From an uncultured Solirubrobacterales bacterium (GTDB taxonomy: Bacteria > Actinomycetota > Thermoleophilia > Solirubrobacterales > 70-9): 64,000 bases of DNA. This document shows positions 44,289 to 52,253 of the stretch, piece after piece. The first letter of the stretch is position 1. Each line of letters opens with the position of its first letter. Under the pieces are notes generated by a model. It saw nothing but the letters and a program-made list of their open reading frames with translations. It ran no database searches and was not told where the DNA came from. Made by a program: the position numbers and the translations under genes. The stretch covers positions 2,227,168 to 2,291,167 of the forward strand of contig CAVYPC010000002.1 of the NCBI GenBank assembly GCA_963770315.1, written 5' to 3'.

Positions 44289-44813
44289 CTAGATCTTCTT
44301 GACTTGGTCGTAATTGACCTCGACCGGCGTCTCGCGGCCGAAGATCGAGACCAGCACCTTGAGTTTGGCGGCGTCCTCGTTGATCTCGGCGATCTCACCG
44401 GAGAAGTCGGAGAGCGGGCCGGAGATGACCTTGACCGACTCGCCGATCGAGAACTGCGCCTGGGTGCGGGGGCGCTCGGCGGTCTCGCGGTGCAGCAGGC
44501 GGTCGACCTCCGGTTTGGAGAGCGGCACCGGCTTGTTGCGGGAGCCGACGAAGCCGGTCACCCCGGGGGTGTTCTTGACCAGTCCCCAGGCGTCGTCGGT
44601 CATCTCCATGTTGACCAGGACGTAGCCGGGCATCGTCCGTTTCTCCTTCGGTTCTTTCTGGCCTTCTTTGTTGACCTCCATCACCTGCTCGGTCGGCACC
44701 ACGACCTGGCGCACGTTGCGGTTCTGGGCCATCGTCTGCACCCGGTGCTCGAGGTTGTGCTTGACCTTGTTCTCGTGCCCGGAGTAGGTGTTGATCACGT
44801 ACCAGCGATACAT
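44289..44813 (-). CDS. nusG: transcription termination/antitermination factor NusG
   Basis: 174 aa. WYVINTYSGHENKV NGN domain and KOW motif GESVKVISGPLSDFSGEI. Confidence 0.96.
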   Translation of the reverse strand: MYRWYVINTYSGHENKVKHNLEHRVQTMAQNRNVRQVVVPTEQVMEVNKEGQKEPKEKRTMPGYVLVNMEMTDDAWGLVKNTPGVTGFVGSRNKPVPLSKPEVDRLLHRETAERPRTQAQFSIGESVKVISGPLSDFSGEIAEINEDAAKLKVLVSIFGRETPVEVNYDQVKKI

Positions 44814-44842
44814 CTAGAGGTCGCCTTTGTCTTGGGATCCCG

Positions 44843-45367
44843 CTAAAGGATCTGCTTGATGAGGAAGCTGAAGGCGCTGTCGAGAGCGCCGAGATAGGTG
44901 GCGGCGACGGCGACGAAGATGATCGTCACGGCGGTCGCCTGCACGAGGGTTTCGCGATCCGGCCACTGGACTTTGCGCAGCTCTGCCCAGCAGGAGACCA
45001 GGAAGCCGATGACGCCGCCGCGCTGGCGCTTCTCCGCCTGCGCCTGTTTCTGGCGCTTGGAGAGCTGCTCGCGCTCGCGGCGCTTCTGCTCCTCGCGCTT
45101 GCGCTTCTCGGCCTGCTTGGCCTCCTTCGCGTCGGCGCGGCGCAGGCTGCGGGGCTTGGGCGCGTCCGGGGTCTCGAGCTCGGCTTCGGAGGCGCCGGCC
45201 GCGATCCCAGCCTCTACCGCCTCGATCTCGGCGATGTCGCCCGAGACCGGGACCTGGGTGTCGTGCTGGGCCCGCGAGTCGGACTTGCGGCTATCGCCGG
45301 AGCGTTTCTGCTCTTCGGCTTCGCGGGCGCGGCGCTCGGCCTTGCGCTGTGCGCGGGTTTTGGCCAT
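44843..45367 (-). CDS. secE: preprotein translocase subunit SecE (long charged N-terminal extension)
   Basis: The C-terminal 60 aa, FLVSCWAELRKVQWPDRETLVQATAVTIIFVAVAATYLGALD, form the SecE TM core. Confidence 0.9.
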   Translation of the reverse strand: MAKTRAQRKAERRAREAEEQKRSGDSRKSDSRAQHDTQVPVSGDIAEIEAVEAGIAAGASEAELETPDAPKPRSLRRADAKEAKQAEKRKREEQKRREREQLSKRQKQAQAEKRQRGGVIGFLVSCWAELRKVQWPDRETLVQATAVTIIFVAVAATYLGALDSAFSFLIKQIL

Positions 45368-45373
45368 CGCCCT

Positions 45374-45538
45374 CTACCGCGTCTCCTTGTGCGGAGTGTG
45401 GTGACCGCACCAGCGGCAGTACTTGCGCAGCTCGACGCGGTCCGGCGAGTTTCGCCGCGACTTGTTGGTCTGGTAGTTGCGCCGCTTGCAGTCTTCGCAA
45501 GCCAGCGTCACCGCGATGCGGACATCTCCGCGTGCCAT
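45374..45538 (-). CDS. rpmG: 50S ribosomal protein L33
   Basis: 54 aa. [54 protein letters not shown]. The ORF-track start at 45619 is an upstream extension. Confidence 0.95.
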   Translation of the reverse strand: MARGDVRIAVTLACEDCKRRNYQTNKSRRNSPDRVELRKYCRWCGHHTPHKETR

Positions 45539-45650
45539 GTTCTCCTCGTTGCCTAACGACGCCGTTACAAGAGAAAACCCCGGGCCGAGGCGCGAGGCTG
45601 GGCTGAAGGATAGCGCCAAGCGGGCCGCGGGTGCGGCGCCCCCGAGCTGG

Positions 45651-46794
45651 CTAGAGGCCGAGCGTTTTGGCGATGATCGTGCGCTGGATCTCGGAGGTGC
45701 CGCCGTAGATGGTCGAGACCATCGTCGTGCGCACGAGGCGCTCCATGTCGTACTCGGAGGAGTAGCCGTAGCCGCCCATCAGCTGCATCCCCTCGACCGC
45801 GATCCGTTTGGCGACCTCGGTCACATGCAGCTTCACCATCGAGGCCTCGCGAGGCAACATCCGGCTGGGGTCCTCGTCGGTCAGGCTGGCAACCCAGCGG
45901 GTCATCAGGCGGGCCGACTTCGAGCTCGGTCGCCATATCGGCGAGCCGGTGCTGGAGCGCCTGGAAGGAGCCGATCGGGCGGCCGAACTGCTTGCGCTCC
46001 TTGACGTAGGCGAGGGCATCGTCGAAGGCGCGCTGGGCGATGCCGAGCATCGTCGCGGCGAGGATCAGCCGCTCGACGTTGAGCCCGGCCATCAGCTGCG
46101 TCCAGGCCTGGTCGACCTGACCGAGCAGGGCGTCGGCGGGGGCCTCGACGTCGGTCAGGTAGAGGGTGTTGGTCTCGGTGCCCCCCATCGTCTTGATCGG
46201 GACGATCTCCAGGCCCGCCGTCTCGCGCGGCAGCCAGATCATCGAGAGCCCGTCGTGCTTGGACTCGCCCTTGGTGGTGCGGCAGACGATCAGGATGTGG
46301 TCGGCGATGTGGGCGTTGGAGATGAAGACCTTCTGCCCGTTGAGGACGAAGCCACCGTCGACCTGCTCGGCCGAGGTGGTGAGAGCACCGACGTCGGAGC
46401 CGGCCTCGGGCTCGGTCATCGCGATCGCCTCGACCGCGCCGCCGGCGATGCCGCCGAGGATCTCCCGCTTCTGCTCGTCGGTGCCGAAGCGCTGGGTGGC
46501 GCCGGCGACGATCAGCGTCGTCGCGTAGCCGCCGATCGGCGCCAGCCCGCGCGAGGTCTCCTCCATGAAGAGGCAGGCGTCGAGCATCGAGCCGGCCGAG
46601 CCGCCGTACTCCTCCGGGATCGTCACCCCGAGCCAGCCCAGCTCCGCCATCTGCTTATAGAGAGCGGGGTTGTGGTGCAGCTCGTAGCCGTCGGTGAGCT
46701 GCTCGCGCTGCTCCTGCGTCCCGCACTCGCGCGCGCAGAAGTCGCGGATCGCGGCGACGAAGTCCTCCTGCTCGTGGGTCAGGGAGAAGTCCAC
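45651..46794 (-). pseudogene. acyl-CoA dehydrogenase interrupted by a single-base frameshift near 45918
   Basis: Residues 1-292 (to ...ALQHRLADMATELE) are in one frame. The C-terminal 88 aa (SARLMTRWVA...[17 protein letters not shown]) are in another frame (ORF 45651..46019). One extra base lies between GAA (45919-45921) and TCG (45915-45917). Confidence 0.75.
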
Positions 46795-46795
46795 T

Positions 46796-48098
46796 GGGGC
46801 GGCAGGCTACCGGCCAAAGGCGGGAGCATGTTTTCTGTTGGTTCATGCCCTGGCCCGTCATCGCGGCGTCTTCTTCCAGGCCGACGAGCAGAACGAGCGC
46901 GCCCACCTCGACCTTCTCGCCCGTGAGGTAGCGCGCCTGTTGGGGGCCACAGGTACCGCTGCGCTTCGATTCATGGGATCAGGCTCTGGAGACGATCGGC
47001 GAGCTTGCTCGAGAGAAGCCGCTTGCCATCGTCCTCGACGAGTTCCAGTGGCTGAAGGCGGCGCAGCCGTCCTTGGACTCGATCGTCCAGCGGCACTGGG
47101 ATCGCTGGCAGCGCGAAGGGACCGGCGTGACGCTGGTCCTCAGCGGGAGCGCCCTGCGGTTGATGGAGGGGCTGCTGGAGCCGGGCGCGCCGCTGTACGG
47201 GCGTGCCGATTACCGACCGCTGCTGGAGCCCCTTGACTACCGCGACGCGTCTCTGTTCGCACCGAGCCTCGGCCCCGAATCGAGGCTGCGCCGCTACGCC
47301 GTCCTTGGCGGCACGCCGCAGTACCAGGTCTGGGCAGAGTCGGGTGACCTTCCCGAGCTGGTCGCCGAGCGCATCCTCCAGAAAGGCGAATCCCTGTACG
47401 AGGAGCCGCTGCACCTCCTCCGCGAGGAGCAGGAGATCCGAGACCCAGCCACTTATTTCGCCGTGGTCCGCGCGATCGCCAATGGAAGCACCCGACTTGG
47501 GGAGATTTCCAGCGCGTCACAGATCTCGACGCCGAACCTGGCCAAGATGCTGAGCCGGCTGGAGGCGCTGGGCTATCTCGAAGCCCGTACACCCCTCACC
47601 CCCAAAGGACCCGAGGCGAGGCGCTCCAGCTATCGCCTCGCCGACCCCTTCTTTCGCTTCTGGTTCCGCTTCGTCTTCCCCAACCGCAGTCTCCTGGAGC
47701 GGGGACGGGTCAAGGAGGTGCTGCGAATCGTCGAACGCGATATGGACACCTACATGGGCTTGGCGTTCGAGGATTGCTGCCGTGAGTGGGTCGGTCGCTA
47801 CGCAGGCGAGACTCTGCCCGCATCCCAGCAGCTCGGCAGCTGGTGGTCGCGAAACAGGCAGACCGAGATCGACGTGGTCGGGACCTCCCGCGGCCGCTAC
47901 GACCTCCTGGCCTCTTGCAAGTGGGCTAAGTCGGCCCCCACCTCCACTCTCGAGCAACTACTCCGGCAGCGCGATTCTCTGCCCAAGGCAGGTTCGGCCA
48001 AACTCGCGATCTTCGCCCGGGGCTTTTCGCCTGGGCTCGAACAACGGGCGAAGGAAGAGGGCGTCTGGCTGGTTGGAATGGATCGGCTCTTCGCCTAG
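46796..48098 (+). pseudogene. DUF234/archaeal-type ATPase family gene, 5'-truncated and frameshifted
   Basis: Frame 2 holds ...FLLVHALARHRGVFFQADEQNERAHLDLLAREVARLLG. Frame 3 from 46932 holds FDSWDQALETIGELAREKPLAIVLDEFQWL (Walker B) through the C-terminal DUF234-like region. The Walker A position reads KAGAC, with no GKT/S. The expected N-terminus would lie under the divergent ACAD gene. Confidence 0.5.
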
Positions 48099-48112
48099 CG
48101 GAGGGCCGCGGG

Positions 48113-48763
48113 TCAGTCGCCCAGGGCGGTCTTCAACTCGGCCACCTGCGCGCGCAGGTCGGCGAGCTCTCGCTCCAGGCGCTCGAGGCGCTGCTCGGCG
48201 GGGACCCCATCGCTCGCCATCTGAGCGGAAGGCTCGGCGGGGGTAGCGGCCGCTGTTGCGTCGACGATCGACCCGTCCTCCTCACCTCCGAGGAGATGCG
48301 CGTAGCGCTCCTCCTTTTGCCCAGGCCGGCGCTCGAGCCGGGCGACGTACCCTCGCTCGATCAAGCGCTCCAACGTCCCCTGCACCGCGGCGAGATCCGC
48401 CAGGCGGTGCAGGCGGTCGCTGCGCTGCTTCAGCTCGCCCGGGGTCTGGATGCCGCGCAGCATCAGGACGGCGAGCAGGGCCGTCTCCTCCGGCGACAGC
48501 TCGAGCGCCTCCTCGATCAGCTGGCGATACTTCGGCGCGCGGCTGCCGGGACCGCTGGCGAGGCGGGTCCAGCCGCGCAATGCGAGCCGCCGCAGCGCCT
48601 CGCGCACGATCGCCTCGTCGTACTCGACGACCGGGTCCCGGTTGGTCGCCTGGTTGCAGGCCAGCCGCAGCGCGTTCAGCGAGAGCGGATACGCGTCCGG
48701 CGTCGTGCGCTGCTTCTCGAGCAGGCAACCCACCACGCGGATCTCTATGGCATCAGGCTCCAT
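48113..48763 (-). CDS. DUF480 (YceH-family) protein
   Basis: 216 aa. IRVVGCLLEKQRTTPDAYPLSLNALRLACNQATNRDPV and LRGIQTPGELKQRSDRL closely follow the YceH pattern, with a C-terminal coiled coil. Confidence 0.85.
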   Translation of the reverse strand: MEPDAIEIRVVGCLLEKQRTTPDAYPLSLNALRLACNQATNRDPVVEYDEAIVREALRRLALRGWTRLASGPGSRAPKYRQLIEEALELSPEETALLAVLMLRGIQTPGELKQRSDRLHRLADLAAVQGTLERLIERGYVARLERRPGQKEERYAHLLGGEEDGSIVDATAAATPAEPSAQMASDGVPAEQRLERLERELADLRAQVAELKTALGD

Positions 48764-48788
48764 CTACAGTCCCGCTGCGTTCAAGCAA

Positions 48789-48861
<73 letters not shown>

Positions 48862-48889
48862 GGAACGATCAACTTTAGCGGCGCACTGC

Positions 48890-49366
48890 TCATCCTGAGC
48901 CGCCGCGCGCGACCCGCTTCGCCTCGGCTGCACCGAGGTAGGGCGTAAGGACGAACTGGGTCGCCTCCGGAGCGATGGCGGGGAGCTCGCTGCAGCGGTC
49001 GAAGTTGAGGCGCTGGGCGATCAGCATGGCGACACCCCCCACCATCGTCTTCTCGGTGATCTCGGGAAGCCACTCACCCTCCTGGCGCTCGGCGCGCCCT
49101 GGCTGCAATGCAGCGGCGAAATGCTCGATCATGCGGTCGTAGCGGGCAAAACCCGCCCTGCCCCCCGCCATCGCCTCGTTGGTCAGAACCTGGGCCGCAG
49201 CGGGATCCGCGGCGGCGAAGGTAAGCGCCGCCCGAATGCCGGCCGACACCTTTGCCGGCCACCCGGCCTCGGAGGCGCAAGCCGTCTCGACGCGAATCTG
49301 CAGGCGGGCTAGAGCGGACTCAAAGGCGGTTGCGAAATCGTCAGGGTGCCGTGCCTCGTCCCTCAT
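48890..49366 (-). CDS. hypothetical protein resembling a TetR-family C-terminal (ligand-binding) domain without an HTH
   Basis: About 158 aa from MRDEARHPDD. All-helical pattern AFESALARL...GIRAALTFAAADPAAAQVLTNEA...VGGVAMLIAQRL. No HTH is encoded in any frame upstream. It overlaps the 3' end of the 970-aa gene. Confidence 0.4.
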   Translation of the reverse strand: MRDEARHPDDFATAFESALARLQIRVETACASEAGWPAKVSAGIRAALTFAAADPAAAQVLTNEAMAGGRAGFARYDRMIEHFAAALQPGRAERQEGEWLPEITEKTMVGGVAMLIAQRLNFDRCSELPAIAPEATQFVLTPYLGAAEAKRVARGGSG

Positions 49367-52253
49367 GCCCCGCCGCGCCGCGCTTCGCCGTCCGCGCTCG
49401 CTTGTGCTTGCCTTTCCTCTTCCCCCCACAGTCAGCCCGCATCACAGGGCTGGCGCTCGACCGCTTCCCGTTATGCCCAGTGAAGTCCACAGCGGCCTTC
49501 GAGGTAGCCCCACACAGGTTGCGGCTGTTGACGATCAGCCCCTTCTTGCCGCCCTGCATCTTCAAGACGACTTTGGAGAGCGGCGCGTCCGGTGAGTTTT
49601 CAAGCGTAGCCCTGATCCCGCCGTTGGCGGAGTCGATCCGAACGCTGACCTCGACATCGACTAAGCCGTGCAGATCGAAGACGAGATCCGGCAGCTTGTG
49701 GCTCGAGGACCTAAGCCAGACCGGCCCTTCGAGCGGTTCTTCGAGCAGCGGCGTCCAGGCTTTGATGAAGCCGTACTGGGCTCCGGGAGGACAGGCCTTG
49801 GCGGCGAACTGGACGCGGGTGCAGATCGTCCTGATGTGGGCCTGGTCGAGGAATGCGGATCTCGGCAATCTCACAACTAGGTCTTTGACGTTGGCATCGC
49901 CTTTTCTCGGCGTGTAGGTGGCGATCAACCCCGGGTGCCCGCCGCGCTTGGTGCCGCCTTTGAGAGCCAGGTCGAGCTTCGGCTTGAAGCCCAGGTTCAG
50001 GCAGTTTGCGGCCTGGTAGCGATCTGAGAGCGCTACCGGGACGTCGTCGGATGGATCGAAGACGTTCAGGTAGGAGCCAAAGAGAGTCGCTTTGGCGCTC
50101 GATTCATCGCAACCCGTCGGGTTGAGGAGGAAGTTATGCCGATCTACGTAGACCCTCAGGTCCCTGACCTTCAAGACGATGCCGTCGAGGATGTGGGGGA
50201 TCGGGTCTGAGTTGGCGCCGTCGACTTCGACTTCGGCGGTCTTTGAGTTGAGGGTCAAAGCGAGCCTGACGACCACCGTTCCGGCGTCAAAGGGTCCGGC
50301 CACAGCCGGGGTCACCGAGATCACACTCAAGGGATCGCCGTGGTAGGGGCCTCCGAGGTAAATCTGGCCGCCGACGTAGGTCAGGGCTCCCCCCACTCCG
50401 GCTCCAGCCAGGGTGTGGCCGATCAGCGAGCTGGCGGGACAGCTTGGATTTGCGATCTCCTGGCGACCGGTCTTCGATCTGGCGACCGCGATCGCCGAAT
50501 CGGGGCATTTGCTCACTCCGACCAGGGAGCCGATCTCCCCCGGGGGCAGGATCGAAGAGAACTTGGTCATGTCCTGTTCGCCGTCTGATCTGATCAAGCG
50601 CATGTTGAAGGGAGAGAAAGAGCCGGCGTTGTTGTTCAGCGCTCCGGCGCTGAAGCCGGGATGGAAGGGCGGCACGCCCCCCGGTGGGCAGGGCCCTCCG
50701 CCGACTCCCCTGGTGATCTTGAAAGAGGAGGTCGCCGTGGTCGGGTTACTGGGATCCGACCAGGGGTAGAACTTTGCCTCGGTGGTGTAAGTGCCGCAGG
50801 CCGATGGGGTGATCAGCGGCGCCCTGGCGCCTTCTTTGAAGTGGAAGTTGAAGTGGCCGATCGGGACCTGGGGGCTGTTTTCCAGGGTCGCGACGAGTTG
50901 CCCGGTTTTCGGATCCGGTTCCACTTTCAGCGGCACTTTTACGATCACGCCGAGGTTGGTGTTCCTCAGGACCAGGTAGAGCGCGATCAGGCTGTCGAAT
51001 GGGTTCTCCGCGCCTGGGGTGGTCGTCGCCGCGTCGTCTTGTTGGGCCAAGAAGACAGATCCGTTGATCGCTTCGTCCAGAACTGGCGTTTGAGTTTCAA
51101 GCGAACCCAGCTTGGAGGCCTCCGGGCAGCCTTCTCCCGGTTGGGAGTGAAGCGTCTCCTTGGCTATCTGGGCTGGGGTGCAGATCGCCAGGCCTTCTCC
51201 TACCGAGGGATTGATCGTCAGCCCTTCCGGCAGGGTGATCACCGCTTTCTTCACATAGGACTGGGCCAGCCCTTCGACGCTGGTCAGGCCTTCGTCTTTG
51301 AAGTCGACGTTGAAGTCCAGGCCCGAGCCGGTCTCCGCCGATTCGGTGCCGAGCTTGGATTCGGTCTTCGGTGAGAAGCCGAGTTTGCCGCAGCCGGTGA
51401 AGGGCTGGGGGTTGCCCTGGGCGTCGTGGATCGTCACCCCGCCTGAATCGGTGTCGAGCAGACCGTCTTTGTCGCCGTCGGTCCAGGAGGTCGCGTCATA
51501 GGTGATCGCCAGCGCTTCGGCGCAGTTGGTCGGCAAGGTGAGCAGCGGCCTTGGGTTGGGTGGGGTCGGGCAGAGCTCGCCGTTGCCTTCGAATTCGAAC
51601 TCGTCGATCGCGTCGCGCGCCAGTTCTTCGTGGGCTCTTTCCTTCAGGCATTCGCCGCGCAATCCGTCGTGGCTCGGGTCGCTCGGGTTGCCCCAGACCG
51701 TGATCTTGGAGCCGATCACTTCGACGACCTGCGGCGTCTTTCTCAGGAGGGCGATCACGTGGTAGGGGGCTTCGGGGCTGAGCACGAACTCGACCACGAT
51801 GTTTGCTTCGCCGCCGACGTTCCAACCGACCCGCAAGAGCACCCCGGGGGGCGTGGTCAGGTTGTAGACCGGCGAGGAGCGCCACCCTCCCAGGTCGAGT
51901 GAGACGGCGGTGACGCCGAGTTGGGTCTCGAGCGGGCAGTTGGCGCCCTGCAGGAAGGCCAGCGAGGAGCAGCGCGGGTAGGCGGTCGGGTCGCCGATCA
52001 AGCCGGGTGCCAGATGGCTGAAGAAGTCCTTGAGCCGCCCTTCGGCGAAGGGGCCTTTTTCGTCTTCGGCGAAATTGACCCCGAAGGATCCCGTCACCGC
52101 ATAGGGATGGGATCCCGCCTGGGTTGCCATGCTGCCGTCTTCGTTGGTGAAGATGAAATCGAAGCCGAAGAGGCCGAAGTGGGCCTGGGCTGCAGCAGGG
52201 GCGAAGGCCGCGCCGGCGAGGGCGATCGCAAAGATCGAGATCAGGCGCTTCAT
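49341..52253 (-). CDS. 970-aa secreted Cys-rich protein of unknown function
   Basis: Start MKRLISIFAIALAGAAFAPAAAQA (signal peptide) after a GGGAGGG SD, with an ATGA overlap with the upstream gene's stop. Motif TQAGSHPY. Many paired Cys residues. Lys/Arg-rich C-terminal tail. I recognise no named domain. Confidence 0.8.
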   Translation of the reverse strand: MKRLISIFAIALAGAAFAPAAAQAHFGLFGFDFIFTNEDGSMATQAGSHPYAVTGSFGVNFAEDEKGPFAEGRLKDFFSHLAPGLIGDPTAYPRCSSLAFLQGANCPLETQLGVTAVSLDLGGWRSSPVYNLTTPPGVLLRVGWNVGGEANIVVEFVLSPEAPYHVIALLRKTPQVVEVIGSKITVWGNPSDPSHDGLRGECLKERAHEELARDAIDEFEFEGNGELCPTPPNPRPLLTLPTNCAEALAITYDATSWTDGDKDGLLDTDSGGVTIHDAQGNPQPFTGCGKLGFSPKTESKLGTESAETGSGLDFNVDFKDEGLTSVEGLAQSYVKKAVITLPEGLTINPSVGEGLAICTPAQIAKETLHSQPGEGCPEASKLGSLETQTPVLDEAINGSVFLAQQDDAATTTPGAENPFDSLIALYLVLRNTNLGVIVKVPLKVEPDPKTGQLVATLENSPQVPIGHFNFHFKEGARAPLITPSACGTYTTEAKFYPWSDPSNPTTATSSFKITRGVGGGPCPPGGVPPFHPGFSAGALNNNAGSFSPFNMRLIRSDGEQDMTKFSSILPPGEIGSLVGVSKCPDSAIAVARSKTGRQEIANPSCPASSLIGHTLAGAGVGGALTYVGGQIYLGGPYHGDPLSVISVTPAVAGPFDAGTVVVRLALTLNSKTAEVEVDGANSDPIPHILDGIVLKVRDLRVYVDRHNFLLNPTGCDESSAKATLFGSYLNVFDPSDDVPVALSDRYQAANCLNLGFKPKLDLALKGGTKRGGHPGLIATYTPRKGDANVKDLVVRLPRSAFLDQAHIRTICTRVQFAAKACPPGAQYGFIKAWTPLLEEPLEGPVWLRSSSHKLPDLVFDLHGLVDVEVSVRIDSANGGIRATLENSPDAPLSKVVLKMQGGKKGLIVNSRNLCGATSKAAVDFTGHNGKRSSASPVMRADCGGKRKGKHKRARTAKRGAAGHEGRGTAP

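Noticed and set aside
45368-45373. Expected tRNA-Trp between rpmG and secE
   Set aside because: Only 6 nt separate the two genes, so no tRNA can be present here.
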